Origin: Leucoraja erinacea
Lineage: Eukaryota
NCBI RefSeq assembly: GCF_028641065.1
Contig: NC_073404.1
Span: forward strand, 5,084,001-5,148,000
DNA length: 64,000 nt
Direction of reading: 5' to 3'
Below are positions 11,736-25,010 of the stretch, one piece after another. Every line of letters begins with the position of its first letter. The stretch's first letter is position 1. The translations under genes and the position numbers were made by a program. Under the pieces are notes generated by a model. That model was not told the DNA's origin. It searched no databases and saw only the letters and a program-made list of their open reading frames with translations.

Positions 11736-12715
11736 CCCAGACTTGAAAGAGCTGCTGGAGCCCCTGGATGGAAGTGAGAGGAGTTATAGGCCAGACGTTA
11801 CATCCCCTGTGGCTGCAAGAGAAAGTACCTGGGGAGCAGGCAGTTTGGAAGTCCGATATGGTCTCCTCACAAGGAACAGGGTGAGAGGAGGTGGAATCAA
11901 GATAGTCGTGAGTGTCAGTGGGTTTGTTGATGTCAGTTGATAATCTGGCTGATGGAGGGAGAGCGCTCAAGGTAAGTGTCAGAGATAGTCCAAAGGAATT
12001 TGAGGGTAGGGTGGAAGTTATTGATCAAGTTGATTAGATCAGTAGAGTTCTGCACGAGTGCAGGAGGCAGCCAAGATGCAGCAGAGAACGAGTGGGGAAT
12101 GCGTGGGTATGTTTGGATTGAGAACTGTTCAATGCAACCAACTATAGGACAGACAGAGATGGGGCCTATGTGATTGTTCATGACTTAAAGTGAGAAGCAG
12201 TATGTAGAGGAGTGTCAGTAGAGAGGAACATATAGGGTTTCTTTTCAAGGGTGAATTAGGTCCACAGGCCTTCCTTTTGGCAATGAAGTTATCAAGGGAC
12301 TGAATATCCATTGTAAAGGTGTGCCGTTGGTGCCTCAGAATAGAATGTGTTGAGGACATAGATGTTCTTAGATTTAAGTTAGAAGAGACTGGACAAGGGG
12401 GAAAACTAAACATGGAATCCAGGTATTTGGAGATAAGTTTGGTCGGGCAGGAGCAGACTAAAACCATGGGTCTGCCAGGGCAATCCTGCTTGTGGATTTT
12501 TGGAAAGAGAAACAGGCCATGCGGGGTTAGGGAACTACAAGGTCGGAGGCTATGGAGACAAGATCGACAGATGCGATAAGAACGGCGATGGTTCATCAGC
12601 GCAGTTATGGTCAAGAGACAGACACAAAGACGGGGTCCAAGAGCTGATGTCTGGCCTCAGCACGGTAAATGTCAGTCTGTCAGATGACAACAGAACCACT
12701 CTTGTGGGCGGTAAT
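11736..12715 (-). mobile_element. Penelope-like RT fragment, degenerate
   Basis: Translated pieces PKIHKQDCPGRP...CPTKLISKYLDS...TMDIQSL and KPTDTHDYLDSTSSHP. Confidence 0.8.
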
Positions 12716-12774
12716 CATCTTGTGTTCTCCAATTTTCTTCCCAATTAACTCTAAATTCTGGTGAGGCATATTTA

Positions 12775-13735
12775 GGTTAAGGTTTATTATTGTCACATGT
12801 ACTTGAGGTACAGTGAAAAAGTTTACTTTGCATGCTATCCAAACAGATCAGATATATCATATATAGAAACAATCAAATCAAATTAGAGTACAATTGGTAG
12901 AGCAAAGGGGAAGATGCAAAGTGCAGAATATAATTCTCAGCATTGTAGCGTATCAGACCCATAAAGCAAGTCCAACGTGCACAATGGGGTAGAGGTGAAT
13001 CAACACCCTCAATTATGGAAGGGAAAAGCCTGATAATGGAGGGGAAGATGTTCTCGAGTCTGGTGGTGCATGCTTTTAAGTTTCTGTCAGGCAGGAGCAG
13101 AGAGGAGAAATGACCAGGGTGGGACTAGACTTTGATTATAGACACAAAAAGCTGGAGTAATGCAGCAGGACAGACAGCAACTCTGGAGATAAGGAATGGG
13201 TGTTTAGGGTCGAGACCCTTCTTCAGACTGGTTAGGGATAAGGATAGTTATATGGATGGGAATGATAGTTATATGGATGGGAAGGGAATGGAGGGTTATG
13301 GTCTGAGCGCAGGTATATGGGACTAGGGGAGATTATGTGTTCGGCACGGACTAGAAGGGTCGAGATGGCCTGTTTCCGTGCTGTAATTGTTATATGGTTA
13401 TATGGAAACGAGACGGTGATGTGGAGAGATAAAGAACAATGTATGAAAGATATGCAAAGACTTTGATCACGTTGGCTGTTTTACAAAACAGCGTGGTGCA
13501 GATGGAGTAAGTGGTAGAAAGTCTGGTCTGTGTGATTGTATATATACAGATAGAGTCTATATCTGTGACTCTCTGCAATTTCTTGTGGTCTTGGGCAGAG
13601 CTGTTGTAACCAAGCTGTGATGCAACTCAACAGTATGCTTTCTATGTTGCATATGTAGAAGTTTCAAGAGTCTTTGGAGACATGCCAAATACCTTCAGTC
13701 TCTTTAGGAAGTAGTTGGTGCGTCTTCCTGGCTAT
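12775..13735 (-). mobile_element. Old Rex1/Babar-type LINE remnant with nested Penelope (13138-13230) and CR1 tail (~13235-13405)
   Basis: A reverse Rex-type tail (tttattattgtcacatgtac) and the body piece aaccaagctgtgatgcaac. Confidence 0.55.
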
Positions 13736-14287
13736 GTCAATCAAATAGAAAATGATCTTTCCAATAATTATTTGGAAGCAACTTTGATTACTGAAGGGAA
13801 AGCACTTTGATTGTTTGAAGCGGAAGATTCTTTTTTTTTATTTTTTATTTTTTTTTAAATCATCAGTTTCCTTCAGGCTCAAAATCCAGGAACTAATTAA
13901 CAACAGAAGGATAACAATGAGTCAATGATGCTCAATGCTCCCCTATATAAAGACAAGTGGGGATATGCAACAAGTATCAGTTCCTGTCACGTTACATACA
14001 TGAACACAAAATCAAAGAACTTGGGCAGATCACAAGGTACCATCAAAAGTCTCACCTAATCCTTCAAAACACAGACATGAAAAGCATTTGATCCTGGAAA
14101 TTTGACACCAGTGCAATATTGGCTTTGTCATTAATATATATATATATATTTTAAATTAACTTAACTAAGCATCCTCCAATGATTAAATTAGCTCAGGAAA
14201 CAAAAATCAAAAAATTGCAAATGTTGGAAATCTGAAATTAAATGATAAACATAATCACAATAATACTTTTTTAAACCAAGTATGTTT

Positions 14288-15412
14288 CAATCAATCAATC
14301 AATTTTATTTGTATAGAACATTTAAAAACAACTCACGTTGACCAAAGTGCTTTACATCAGTTCAGGTACTAATGAGCTCCATACAATGGTACACAGACCT
14401 AACAATACATACATACATAAACTGTTTGCAGCGGCTCCTCAGAGGGACTCAAAAACGCTAGGGAGTAGAAATAGGTTTTGAGCCTCGACTTAAAGGAGTC
14501 GATGGAGGGGACAGTTCTGATGAGGAGAGGGATGCTGTTCCACAGTCTAGGTGCTGCAACCGCAAAAGCGCGGTCACCCGAGCTTAAACCTAGTCCGCGG
14601 GATAGTCAGTAGCCACCAAGTCAGCCGACCTGAGGGACCTGGAGGTAGAATGGTGGGTTAGAAGATTTTTTTATGGGGGGGGGGGGGGGCAAGCCCGTAA
14701 ACAGCATTGTATACAAATAAGAGGAGCTTGAAGTTGATTCTGTTCCGTACAGGGAGCCAGTGGAGAGGGGCCAGAATCGGGGTGATGTGGTCTCTTTTAC
14801 GGGTACCCGTCAGAAGTCTCGCTGCGGCATTTTGAACCAATTGCAGGCGGGACAGGGATGATTGGCTGATGCCAGTGTATAGGGAGTTGCAGTAGTCAAG
14901 GCGAGAGGAGATGAATGCATGGATCATTTTTTTCAAGGTCGTCGAATTGGAGGAATTTTTTTTTTTAGCTACGGTACGAAGCTGGAAGAAACTAGCTTTT
15001 ACCACAGAGTCGACTTGCTTGTCAAACTTTAATGCGTAGTCAAATATCACACCAAGGTTTTTGACGTGCGGTTTGACTAAGGAGGTTAGGCTTCCAAGGC
15101 TATCATTTTGTTATCGCTTTGATGGAGTCGGAGGGGCAGAGTATGATGACCTCAGACTTGCTCTCGTTTAGTTGGAGGTAGTTCTGTACCATCCAACATT
15201 CTATGTCCTCGAGGCAGTGCATGAGGCTGATTAAATTTGACCGGTTGTTGGGTTTCAGGGGGAGATAGAGGTGTGTGTCATCTGCATAACAGTGGAAAGA
15301 AATGCCGTGCCTTTGAATGACTTGGCTGAGGGGGAGCATGTACAGAGAGAAGAGAATGGGGCCTAGGACCTTGTGGCACCCCACAGAAAAGGCTAGCTGG
15401 GGAAGAGAAAGA
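14288..15412 (-). mobile_element. L2 LINE 3' portion
   Basis: Translated pieces GPILFSLYMLPL...YADDT and SRLDYCNSL...QLVQNAAARLLT...LHWLPV, with a (ttga)n tail at 14288-14302. Confidence 0.9.
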
Positions 15413-16085
15413 ATTGCAACATACGAGGAATTTCATTTGCCAAGTCAGTCAAACAAATAAAAAACAACGGAACACACAAAATACATTTTAACATAAACAG
15501 CCACCAGTGACTCTTTCACATTCCTCACTGTGACAGAAGGCGAAAAACGTTCAAATCTCTTCCCTTAGCTCTCCCGTGGTCGGGGGCCTCTAGCCTTCCG
15601 AGGGACCCGGTGGTCGGGCACTCCGCATCGGGGCAATCCGTTCCCCCATCGGGGGGGGAAGTCAGCTCCCCCGATCGGACCCTACATCGGGGTTGGTCGA
15701 GCCTCTGCGTCGTTGGAGCTCCCGACTAGCCTCTACGAGCCGTTGATGGTAAGTCCGCAGGCCCGTGGTTGGAGGGTTCCCAGGCAAGGGGTCAGCTCCG
15801 ATGTTAAGTCCACACCCTGCGGTGGGGCCCAAAGTCAGTCCAAGGAGGCATCCAGCTCCATAAACTGTAGGTCGCAGATCGGCTGGAGATGCAATCCGGA
15901 AAATAATCGCATCTCCGGCAAGGTAAGGAACTGAGAAAAAAAAAAGTTTCCCCTTACCCCCTCCCACCAAATAAAACAAACCGGAGGACATTTACACAGA
16001 CTTTTAACACACACTAAAAATAGAAAAAAGACTTAAAACAATTAGACTGTTGGTGGGGCTGCCAATCGTGCTGTGCCCCGGTGGT
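15413..16085 (-). mobile_element. GC-rich non-autonomous repeat (related copy at ~35985-36545), split by the L2 insertion
   Basis: Shares ccac(c)agtga...cctcactgtga...gaaggc with 35996-36040. Its tail appears to continue at 14250-14287. Confidence 0.55.
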
Positions 16086-16557
16086 GTTTGCATGTTATTC
16101 AACATCAGTGGAATGAGAAGTGGAGTTTGCAGTGAAATACCCTTCTGCAGTTCTGGGACATGAACTGTGTCCCTATCAACAAGATACTATCTGACTGCTG
16201 AGCTTTTCCAATATTTTCTGTTATTGTATGAAATTAGCTCCTTTGGGATGTTCACTGTGCTGACCTAAGTATTTATAGCACAGGAAAAAGCATTTGTCTA
16301 ACATGTGTGCCACATTTCTTTGAACCATTTTTATTCATCAGTGTTACTTACAAGATACAAACACTCCCAAATGCAGCCTATTATTCATCATAACTTTTCC
16401 ACAAGTACATTTCTACATAATTAAATCCTCTCCAGTACTTGTAACACTCCTGTCCCTATTAAGATAATTATTCTTCTGTGCACAACCTATCATACATACC
16501 TATCATACATACATCCTGTACCTTTCAATATGTTCCCACATGTGCTAGAATAACAGA

Positions 16558-16849
16558 AGGGTGGCACAGTGGCGCAGTGTGGTGAGTAGCTGCCTCACAA
16601 CACCAGAGACCCGGTTCAATCTTGATGGCACGTGCAGAGTTTCTGCGTTCTCCCTGTGATCTGCGTGGCTTTCTCCAGTTACCTCCCTCACTAGAAAGAC
16701 ATTCAGGTTTGTCGGTTAATTAACTTGGTATAAATTGTAAATTTTGTCCCTAGTGCGTGTGGCATTGTGTTAATGTGCAGGAATCGCTGTTCGGCACAAA
16801 CTCGGTGGGCTGAAGCGCCTGTTTCAACGTTGTATGTCTAAACTAAACA
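16558..16849 (+). mobile_element. HE1-like V-SINE, near full length
   Basis: Has the head gggtggcacagtggcgcag, a V-domain and the CR1-like tail tgtatgtctaaactaaac. Confidence 0.8.
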
Positions 16850-17639
16850 GGTTTGACATTCTTTGGTGTAGAACTTGAACCATCCATTGATATCTGGCTG
16901 AACCACATTAAGCAAAAACAGGTCCTGTTCATCACAAAGAGAGATCATTGTCCAAAGATTGTCAAAGAATGCAAAATAACCCGAGTTTATAGCCAGGGAA
17001 TTACTAACAACAGCTTCATTTTATTGCCAGAAATTCCTCCCAATTAAATGAAAAAGATCAGACATTGCCTTTGATTCCAGCCACAAATTCCAATTTGCTG
17101 CCATCAACTCAACCCCTCTCCCACTCACCAGGCCCTGTGCCATCTTTAAGATCTCTGCAAGCTCTTTTAATGCGATTTGGTTCTACCTCAAAATGTCCAA
17201 AAATTAAAAGGGAATACATTTCAACAAATTATTTGATAGGATATGTACAGAAATCTCATATCAATTCAAGTAAATGGCTGCAGAGCTCTCAAATCTTAAA
17301 TATTAATTCTCAAATAATGTTCCTGCGTGATTATGGTAATGTTGAAGGAGTGATTGTACAGCCTGAAGTGTGTGAGAGGAATAAACAGTGCAAAAGCCAA
17401 GCTTGGGAAATCTTGGGGGCCAAGCTGCATCTTGGTGGTGGTGCACGATTTGGGGGGGGGGGAGAAGTAATTCTCAACATTTTAAATCAGTTCCCCATAT
17501 CAAGGTTGATTGTGGAAGGGAAAGTTAACCAATGTATAAAGGAAAGGGGCTGGTGAAAGTAAAGGCTGGTGAAATAAAGTAGGTAATAGGTGTGATAGAT
17601 GGGGGAAAAACTAGTTTGATATGGTAAGAAGGAGGAGAG

Positions 17640-18290
17640 AGACAAAGTGCTGGAGAAACTCAGCGGGTGCAGCAGCATCTATGGAGCAAAGGAAAAAGGC
17701 AACGTTTTGGGCCAAAACCCTTCTTCAAACTGATGTAGGGTGGGGGGGAGAAGAAAGGAGAAAAGAAGAGGAGGAGCCCGAGACCCAAGGGAGAGCTAAG
17801 GGGAGGAGACAGCAAGGGCTATCGGAAATTGGAGAAGTCAATGTTTACGCTAGGGTGCAAACTGCCCAAGCAGAATACGAGGTGCTGCTCCTCCAATTTC
17901 CGGTGGTGCTCACTATGGCCATGGAGGAGGCCCAGGATAGAAAGGTCGGATTCAGAATGGGAGGGGGAGTTGAAGTGCTGAGCCACCGGGAGATCAGGTT
18001 GGTTAATGCGGACCGAGCAGAGGTGTTGGGCGATGCGATCGCCAAGCCTACGCTTGGTCTCACCGATGTAGATCAGCTGACATCTAGAGCAGCGGATGCA
18101 ATAGATGAGGCTGGAGGAGATGCAGGTGAACCTCTGTCGCACCTGGAACGATGGGTCCTCGAATGGAGTTGAGGGGAGAGGTAAAGCGACAAGTGTAGCA
18201 TCTCTTGCGGTTGCAAGGGAAAGTGCCCGGGGAGGGGGTGGTGCGGGAGGGAAGAATTGTTACGGGGGAGCAGCCTTTGCAGAAAGCAGA
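17640..18290 (-). mobile_element. Penelope-like element GIY-YIG/3' end
   Basis: ORF 17819-18142 reads LIYCIRCSRCQLIYIGETKRRLGDRIAQH, with a degenerate hammerhead at ~17701-17727. Confidence 0.88.
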
Positions 18291-18331
<41 letters not shown>

Positions 18332-20395
18332 GGGGGGGGGAGATACAAGAGATACGGGGCAACTGACATTGGGAAAAAAAAACACAATGTGCATACCATA
18401 CAATATTCATAGAATGGCTATTCGAGGCCACAACATCAAAGCTACTCAGGACTACATGCACAAGTACAGAAGCATCTAGGTGTTTTTTGCATGAATCAAA
18501 GCATTCAGGCAGTTTCAGCAAATAGAAATAGGGATGTTTTGTTAACTTTGTACCGGAAGTGTGAGAGCACACTTTTGAGTCCTGGGTAGTTTTGGTCTAT
18601 TTACCTGAAGGGAAGATATAATAGGATTGGAGGCAGTCCAAAAGAGACTCACCAGACGAATTCCTGGGTTGGGAGGTCTACTCTATCAAGAGAGGCTAAA
18701 CAAGTTTGGTTTGTTTTGGTGTTCAGAAGTTTGAGTGAAGAGTCCAGAGTGTTTAATTGTCAAATATACCAGGGCATTGAGAGTCTTACTTGTTGACGTT
18801 TATAGGCACATTAAACACAACACATATATAATAAACTATTAGCTATAGACAACCAGGCTATTATAGTGCAACCCAAAGTATGTAGTGCAGCCTTATATAA
18901 AGTGCATAATAGTTCAGTGCTGAGGTAGGGTTGTGCAGGGTGGCTCAAGAGCCTAATGGTTGATGAGAAGCTATTCGTGAAACTGCAGATAGCAGTTCTC
19001 AGGTTTGTTCAGTCTTCTCCTGATGGTAGTCGCATGGTGAGAACATGGAGAGAGTAATGTGGGTCTTTGATAATATTAGCCGCCTTCTTGAGGCAGCGCT
19101 TTCTGTACATCCCTTTAATGGTGGGGAGAGCAATGGAACAGACAATGTCCACCAGCTTTTCAGCCTCCTTCGTTCTTCGGTGTTTTAATTATTGAATCAG
19201 TATGTTCTCCATTGCATGAGGTGAGATCTTATCGAAACACAAAATCTTAAGGGGACGTGACAGGGAATGTGTCAAAGATATTTTTAACGAGTAGTAGAAT
19301 CTTGAATGGGGGGGGGGGGTCATTTAACACCCAACAACAGCAGATTAGCCATGGTTAAATTGAATGGCAGGGAAGACCAGATGGTGCTCTCTGATTTTAT
19401 TTTCATGTGTTCTTATTAGACTCTACTTGCTTGGGCAAGTATAATAACTACACATTTCAAGAAGCTTAACATCCAAGATAAAGCAGCCTGCCTAACTGGT
19501 ATTGCACCTTCCATTCTAAATATTCATTCCCATCACCATAGAAATACAAAGGTTACAGCATATGTTACCAACACATCCTAACCCCAATAACATCTAAGAG
19601 GACATGGGCTGAGATTTTCAAATATTTGCAAAAACTATTATACTGTGATGTTAAAATACTGAACAAAACTAAAATATTTGGAAAGGTTAAAATAAACGGT
19701 CAAAATAAGAATGCAACTTAATCACCAGGCTGGGAATCCCCATTCAAATGAAAGCGTGCTCCCTGCATAATACTGAGATATCCCAGCAAGATGGATACCA
19801 GCAACAGATCATAGAGACAAATGTGCCAGTTCAATTTGGTGAATCTTTGAATAAATATAGCAAGATAAACCACAGATAGACACAAAAAGCTGGAGTAACT
19901 CAGCAGGTCAGACAGCATCTCTGGAGAAAAGGAAAGTTTTGGGTCAAGACCCCTCTTGAGACTGAAAAAAACATGCTTGGTTACTAGAATAGGTACCGAT
20001 TTCTTCCATTGGCATTAGAAATATAAAAGACTTCCTGCCCATTTCTCATCGTGACTATTCCAGCCTATTATCCATCAATTCTATCCACCCAAGCTGCAAA
20101 AATGCATTAATGAAAATCTGTGAGGTGGCAAATAGTGGTTTACACTGTGATGGCCCCTCAGTTGACAACTCTTGACAAAGGTGAGATTCAGATAAAAATG
20201 GCTTTTAAGCACGAGTTCTGCATGCTGCAATCAATGTTTAAGAGGTGAAATGACTGAAAGAAAGTGCCACAGCTTTATCAAGAAAAATTCAGATTCCAAC
20301 AGAAAAAAAGAATGTCTCCTTATCTTTACTTTATGACAACAGTTAAAGTAGTTTATCTTCTCAAATAAACCATTAAAACAGCATTGTAACATCTA

Positions 20396-21639
20396 CAGTG
20401 GCTTGCAAAAGTATTCGTACCCCTTGAACCTTTCCACACTTTTGTCACGTTACAACCACAAACGTAAATGTATTTTACGTGATAGACCAACACAAAGTGG
20501 TACATAATTGTGAAGTGGAAGGAAAATGATACATGGTTTTCAAATTTTTTTACAAATAAAAAACTGAAAAGTGTGGCGTGCAAAAGTATTCAGCTGCCCC
20601 GAGTCAATACTTTGTGGAACCACCTTTCGCTGCAATTACAGCTGCAAGTCTTTTGGGGTATGTCTCTACCAGCATGATGCCCCACAGCATGATGTTGCCA
20701 CCACCATGTTTCACAGTGGGGATGGTTTGTTCAGGGTGATGTGCAGTGTTAGTTTTCCGCCACACATAGCATTTTGCATTTAGGCCAAAAACTTCAATTT
20801 TGGTCTCATCTGACCAGAGCACCTTCCTCCACATGTTTGCTGTGTCCCCCACATGGCTTGTGGCAAACTACAAACGGGACTTCTTATGGTTTTTTTTCCC
20901 CCAACAATGGCTTTCTTCTTGCCACTCTTCCATAAAGGTCCGATTTGTGGAGTGCATGACTAATAGTTGTCCTGTGGACAGATTCTCCCACCTGAGCTGT
21001 GGATCTCAGCAGCTCCTCCAGAGTTACCATGGGCCTCTTAGCTGCTTCTCTGATCAATGCTCTCCTTGCCCGGCCTGTCAGTTTAGGTGGACGGCCATGT
21101 CTTGGTAGGTTTGCAGTTGTGCTATACTCTTTCCATTTCCGGATGATGGATTGAACAGTGCTCCGTGAGATGTTCAAAGTTTGGGATATTTTTTTATAAC
21201 CTAACCCTGCTTTATACTTCTCCACAACTTTATCCCTGACCTGTTTGGTGTGTTCCTTGGGCTTCATGATGCTGTTTGTTCACTAATATTCTCTAACAAA
21301 CCTCTGAGGCCTTCACAGAACAGCTGTAGAGATTAGATTACACACAAGTGGACTCTATTTATTAATTAGGTGACTTCTGAAGGCAATTGGTTGCACTGGA
21401 TTTTATTTAGGGGTATCAGAATAAAGGGGGCTGAATACTTTTGCACACCACACTTTTCAGTTTTTTTATTTGTAAAAAAATTTGAAAACCATGTATCATT
21501 TTCTTTCCATTTCACAATTATGCGCCACTTTGTGTTGGTCTATCACATAAAATCCCAATAAAATACATTTACGTTTGTGGTTGTAACTTGACAAAATGTG
21601 GAAAAGTTCAAGGGGTCTGAATACTTTTGCAAGCCACTG
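20396..21639 (-). mobile_element. Passport (PPTN)-like Tc1 transposon with internal deletion
   Basis: TA target duplications at 20394-95 and 21640-41, and ~200-bp TIRs starting cagtggcttgcaaaagtattc. The transposase runs MKPKEHTKQVRDKVVEKY...[22 protein letters not shown]. Confidence 0.9.
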
Positions 21640-21644
21640 TATGT

Positions 21645-22587
21645 CAGGATGCTATTCATTGACTACAGGTCAGCTTTCAACCCCATAACCCCATTCTGGA
21701 CTTTGGTCTTTTGGCCTCTAAATGCAACTAGCTTCAAGTTTACTCATGTTGACTCAATCCACAACAAGATGCAATGCAACAAAGAGATTGAGAACGTGGT
21801 GTAAATGTGTCAGGATATTAACCTAGCCCTTAACGTCAGCTAGGCCAAATAATTTTGTTGACCATTGGATGTGCGAAAATGAACACAGCCCTGTCCTCAC
21901 CAACATAGGTGCTGCAGAGGTGGCCAACAGCTTCAAGTTCTGAGGCATCCATAATCACCAGCTAACAAACCTGGTCCCTTTACTTGTACAATAACCATGT
22001 GTTTACCTACTTAGGCATCCGAGAAAATTCGGCATTTCGCGGATTCTCTCAAACTTGTACCAATGTGCTATAAAAAGTATTCTGACAAGATGCATCTCGG
22101 CCTAGTTTGAAACTGCTCTGCACTCGACTGTGTGAACCAGCAGAGCATGGTGAACACAGCCTAATACACCATGGACGTCACTTCCTTCCATTCAGTCCAT
22201 CTTCACAGTGTGCTGCATCAGGAAAGTTTAACGTATCGTCAAGGAAGCCTACTGTTCTGGCAATCCCTTTGTTCTCTTCAACTTACCAGGAGACACAGAA
22301 GCACAAAACGGAATATCCAGAGTAAGAACAGCTTCATCTAGGCTATCGACTCATGAGCCAATCACCTCTTTCACAGTCCATTCCCGGAGGTGCGGCCATG
22401 TCATCTTACCTTTACCTCATTGGGTTATTCTGTTATTGTACTTCTATATTTTATTGGTCTTACAATCTTGCATCATTCTTTTGTTTTGAACGTGTTCTAT
22501 TTATTGTTGTATTTATCATTATTGTTTGTATACTGTTTAGCCTCATGTGAATCAATGAATTTCATTACACCCTGGTGTATATGACAG
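21645..22587 (+). mobile_element. Old Rex1/Babar LINE remnant
   Basis: Translates as YVRMLFIDYRSAFN, and contains agcttcaagttc and a Rex-type tail (gtatatgaca). Confidence 0.7.
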
Positions 22588-23721
22588 CAGGGCTCTCGCT
22601 TAACTTTTTTTTCCTGTTGCCAGCCGGGCAACATTGGCAGCTTTTTAGGTTGCCAAATGACATTTTAGGTGGTAATTTAAGATGGCTTGCATGACACGTG
22701 CTCGGACAAAGTGCTCAATGAAGCTGTCACATATTATTTCTGCTTCAAATAAAGTCACAAACTAACATATTCACCAATCAAGACATGATATATACCACAA
22801 TCACATGCAGCAAAATTATAATATGGTATCTCAACTCTTTTTACACGTTGCAATTAATACAATTTTTATTATTTCTTTCCACTTCCAAACAAAAATGTGG
22901 TTGGATTATTCAGCGTATGATCAACCCGTGTCAATAAATCCTGGACCTTGATAACATATATGCTTAACCATGCACACTACAGCTGTTAAAACTGACTATA
23001 CCCATCTGACAGGTTAAGCATTACACTAACTAACAAGAGATGGCCAAAGGACATAAATGCAGCAAATGTTTGGTAATATTTAAAGGTGTCAAGGCGCCAC
23101 ATTACCGAACATTCAGATTAGATGTATGTGGCAATGAAGATATCCAGTTTCTAAGCACAATTTTTTTTTTTTTAAATAAATTGTTGATAAACGCTTTTTC
23201 CATCATTCCCACTTCAGAATGTTAAAAGTTCAACTGAAATACCTCCTGACTAAATTTGTAATGTATGACTGACTGTAGAAGTAAAACCTAGATAAATCCA
23301 ACATTTGGTTGTGAATGTTGCTCATTAAATAACTGCAGTTGCTGAGGGACAAGGGCGGTACATTTTCCCAGTCTCAGCTCCATTTGCCATTCAAAATGAA
23401 TTCTGTAGTAACTTGACTCAGCCAGCAGCAACTCTAGCCCAGCCCCGCGGCAATCGAACACTGCGGTTTTAATGTTTCACGTGTTCACGGTTTAATTAAT
23501 CCATCTTTATGGATTAAAACAAATAATAACATTGGGAATTAAAACAGCGGATTCTGGATTGAGGGACTATGTTTGGTAACGGAATCATTCCAATGTTCTG
23601 CTCTCCTACATTTCCCCGCACAATCATCTCGCAGAGAATGATCCCAGCCTAACCCTCCCCATTCTCTCCTATTCTGCAAGAAAAAACTACATTGAAGACT
23701 CAAACTCGCGATCGAGTAACT

Positions 23722-23788
23722 GCCGGGATCGAGGCGCAAACTCGCGACCTTGCGGATACGAGCCGAGCACTCTACCACTGAGCCAGCC
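23722..23788 (-). other. Degenerate tRNA-like sequence (Thr-CGT-like loop) within a MITE end
   Basis: ggctggctcagtggtagagtgctcggCTCGTATccgcaaggtcgcgagtttgcgcctcga shows a D-arm, an anticodon loop and a T-arm-like hairpin. Confidence 0.45.
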
Positions 23789-23794
23789 GTTAAA

Positions 23795-23890
23795 ATCTAC
23801 GCTAAAAATCTTCCATTCCGAAAGCCGAAAAATTCTGATTTCCGAAAAGTGTCTGGTCCCAAGGCTTTCGGATAAAAGGTTGTGCACCTG
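23795..23890 (-). mobile_element. End of TA-flanked MITE (same family as 30937-31792)
   Basis: ...ccaaggctttcggataaaaggttgtgcacctg|ta. Confidence 0.8.
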
Positions 23891-24554
23891 TATTGGTACA
23901 GAAACACTCTTGCTTCCCACATAATTTATCCACAACAAAATATACAGGTTGCAAGGAATTTTCTAAAGGCATTTTATGATAATAGCTGTTAAAACTGACT
24001 ATACCCATCTGACAGGTTAAACATTACACTAACTAACAAGAGATGGCCAAAGGACATAAATGCAGCAAATGTTTGGTAATATATTTAAAGGTGTCAAGGC
24101 GCCACATTACCGGACATTCAGATTAGATGTATGTGGCAATGAAGATACCCAGTTTCTAAGCACAATTTTTTTTTTTTTTTTTTAAATTGTTGATAAACGC
24201 TTTTTCCATCATTTCCACTTCAGAATGTTAAAAGTTCAACTGAAATGCCTCCTGACTAAATTTGTAATGTATATGACTGACTGTAGAAGTAAAACCTGGA
24301 TAAATCCAACATTTGGTTGTGAATGTTGCTCATTAAATAACTGCAGTACTGATACTCCATATTAAAATGAATTCTGTAGTAACTTGTCAGTGGCAATCGA
24401 ACACTGCGGTTTTAATGTTTCACGTGTTCAGGTTTAATTAATCCATCTTTATGGATTAAAACAAATAATAACATTGGGAATTAAAACATATTTTATTGAC
24501 TATGTTTGGTAACGGAATGCAATGTTAGCTCTGAAGACATTTCCAGCACAATAG

Positions 24555-25010
24555 GGTTGGGAGGGGGGTGTATGAATCAGTGCAGGATGGAGGATGGGGG
24601 GGGATGGGGGGGGGGCTTGAGAAGGCAATCGGTGAGGAGCTTAGTGTTGGGTTGTAGTAGGTAAAATTGTGAGGGGGGAGCGCGGGGGATGTCAGTGGGG
24701 TTGAATGGGGGGGGGGGGGGGGGGGGATCTGTGCAGGATGGATGGAAGGGGGTCGGTGTACAGGATGAATTGGGGGACCAGTGTAGGATTGATGGGGAGT
24801 GGCAGGAGAATCAATGCGAGGACTAGGGAGCTTAGTGCAGGATGAAGAGTGGGGGGGGGGGGATGGGGAGCTCAGGGGATGTAATTGAGGACTGAATAGA
24901 GTACAGGAATGGGGATCAGTGCGGGATGGAGAGGAGGGGTCTCAGGATAAGGGGTGGGGGGGGAGAGAGAGCGGGAGAGAGAGGAAGGGGCAGAGGAGGT
25001 GGGAAGGAAG
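24555..25010 (+). repeat. G-rich degenerate minisatellite (gtgcaggatg..gggg units)
   Basis: Recurrent (a/t)gtgcaggatg and tacaggatg units followed by G-runs. Confidence 0.65.

Noticed and set aside
18292-18339. Long poly-G runs (also 27319-27361, 24708-24726) giving poly-Pro/Gly ORFs
   Set aside because: Low-complexity homopolymers of uncertain assembled length, with no coding evidence.
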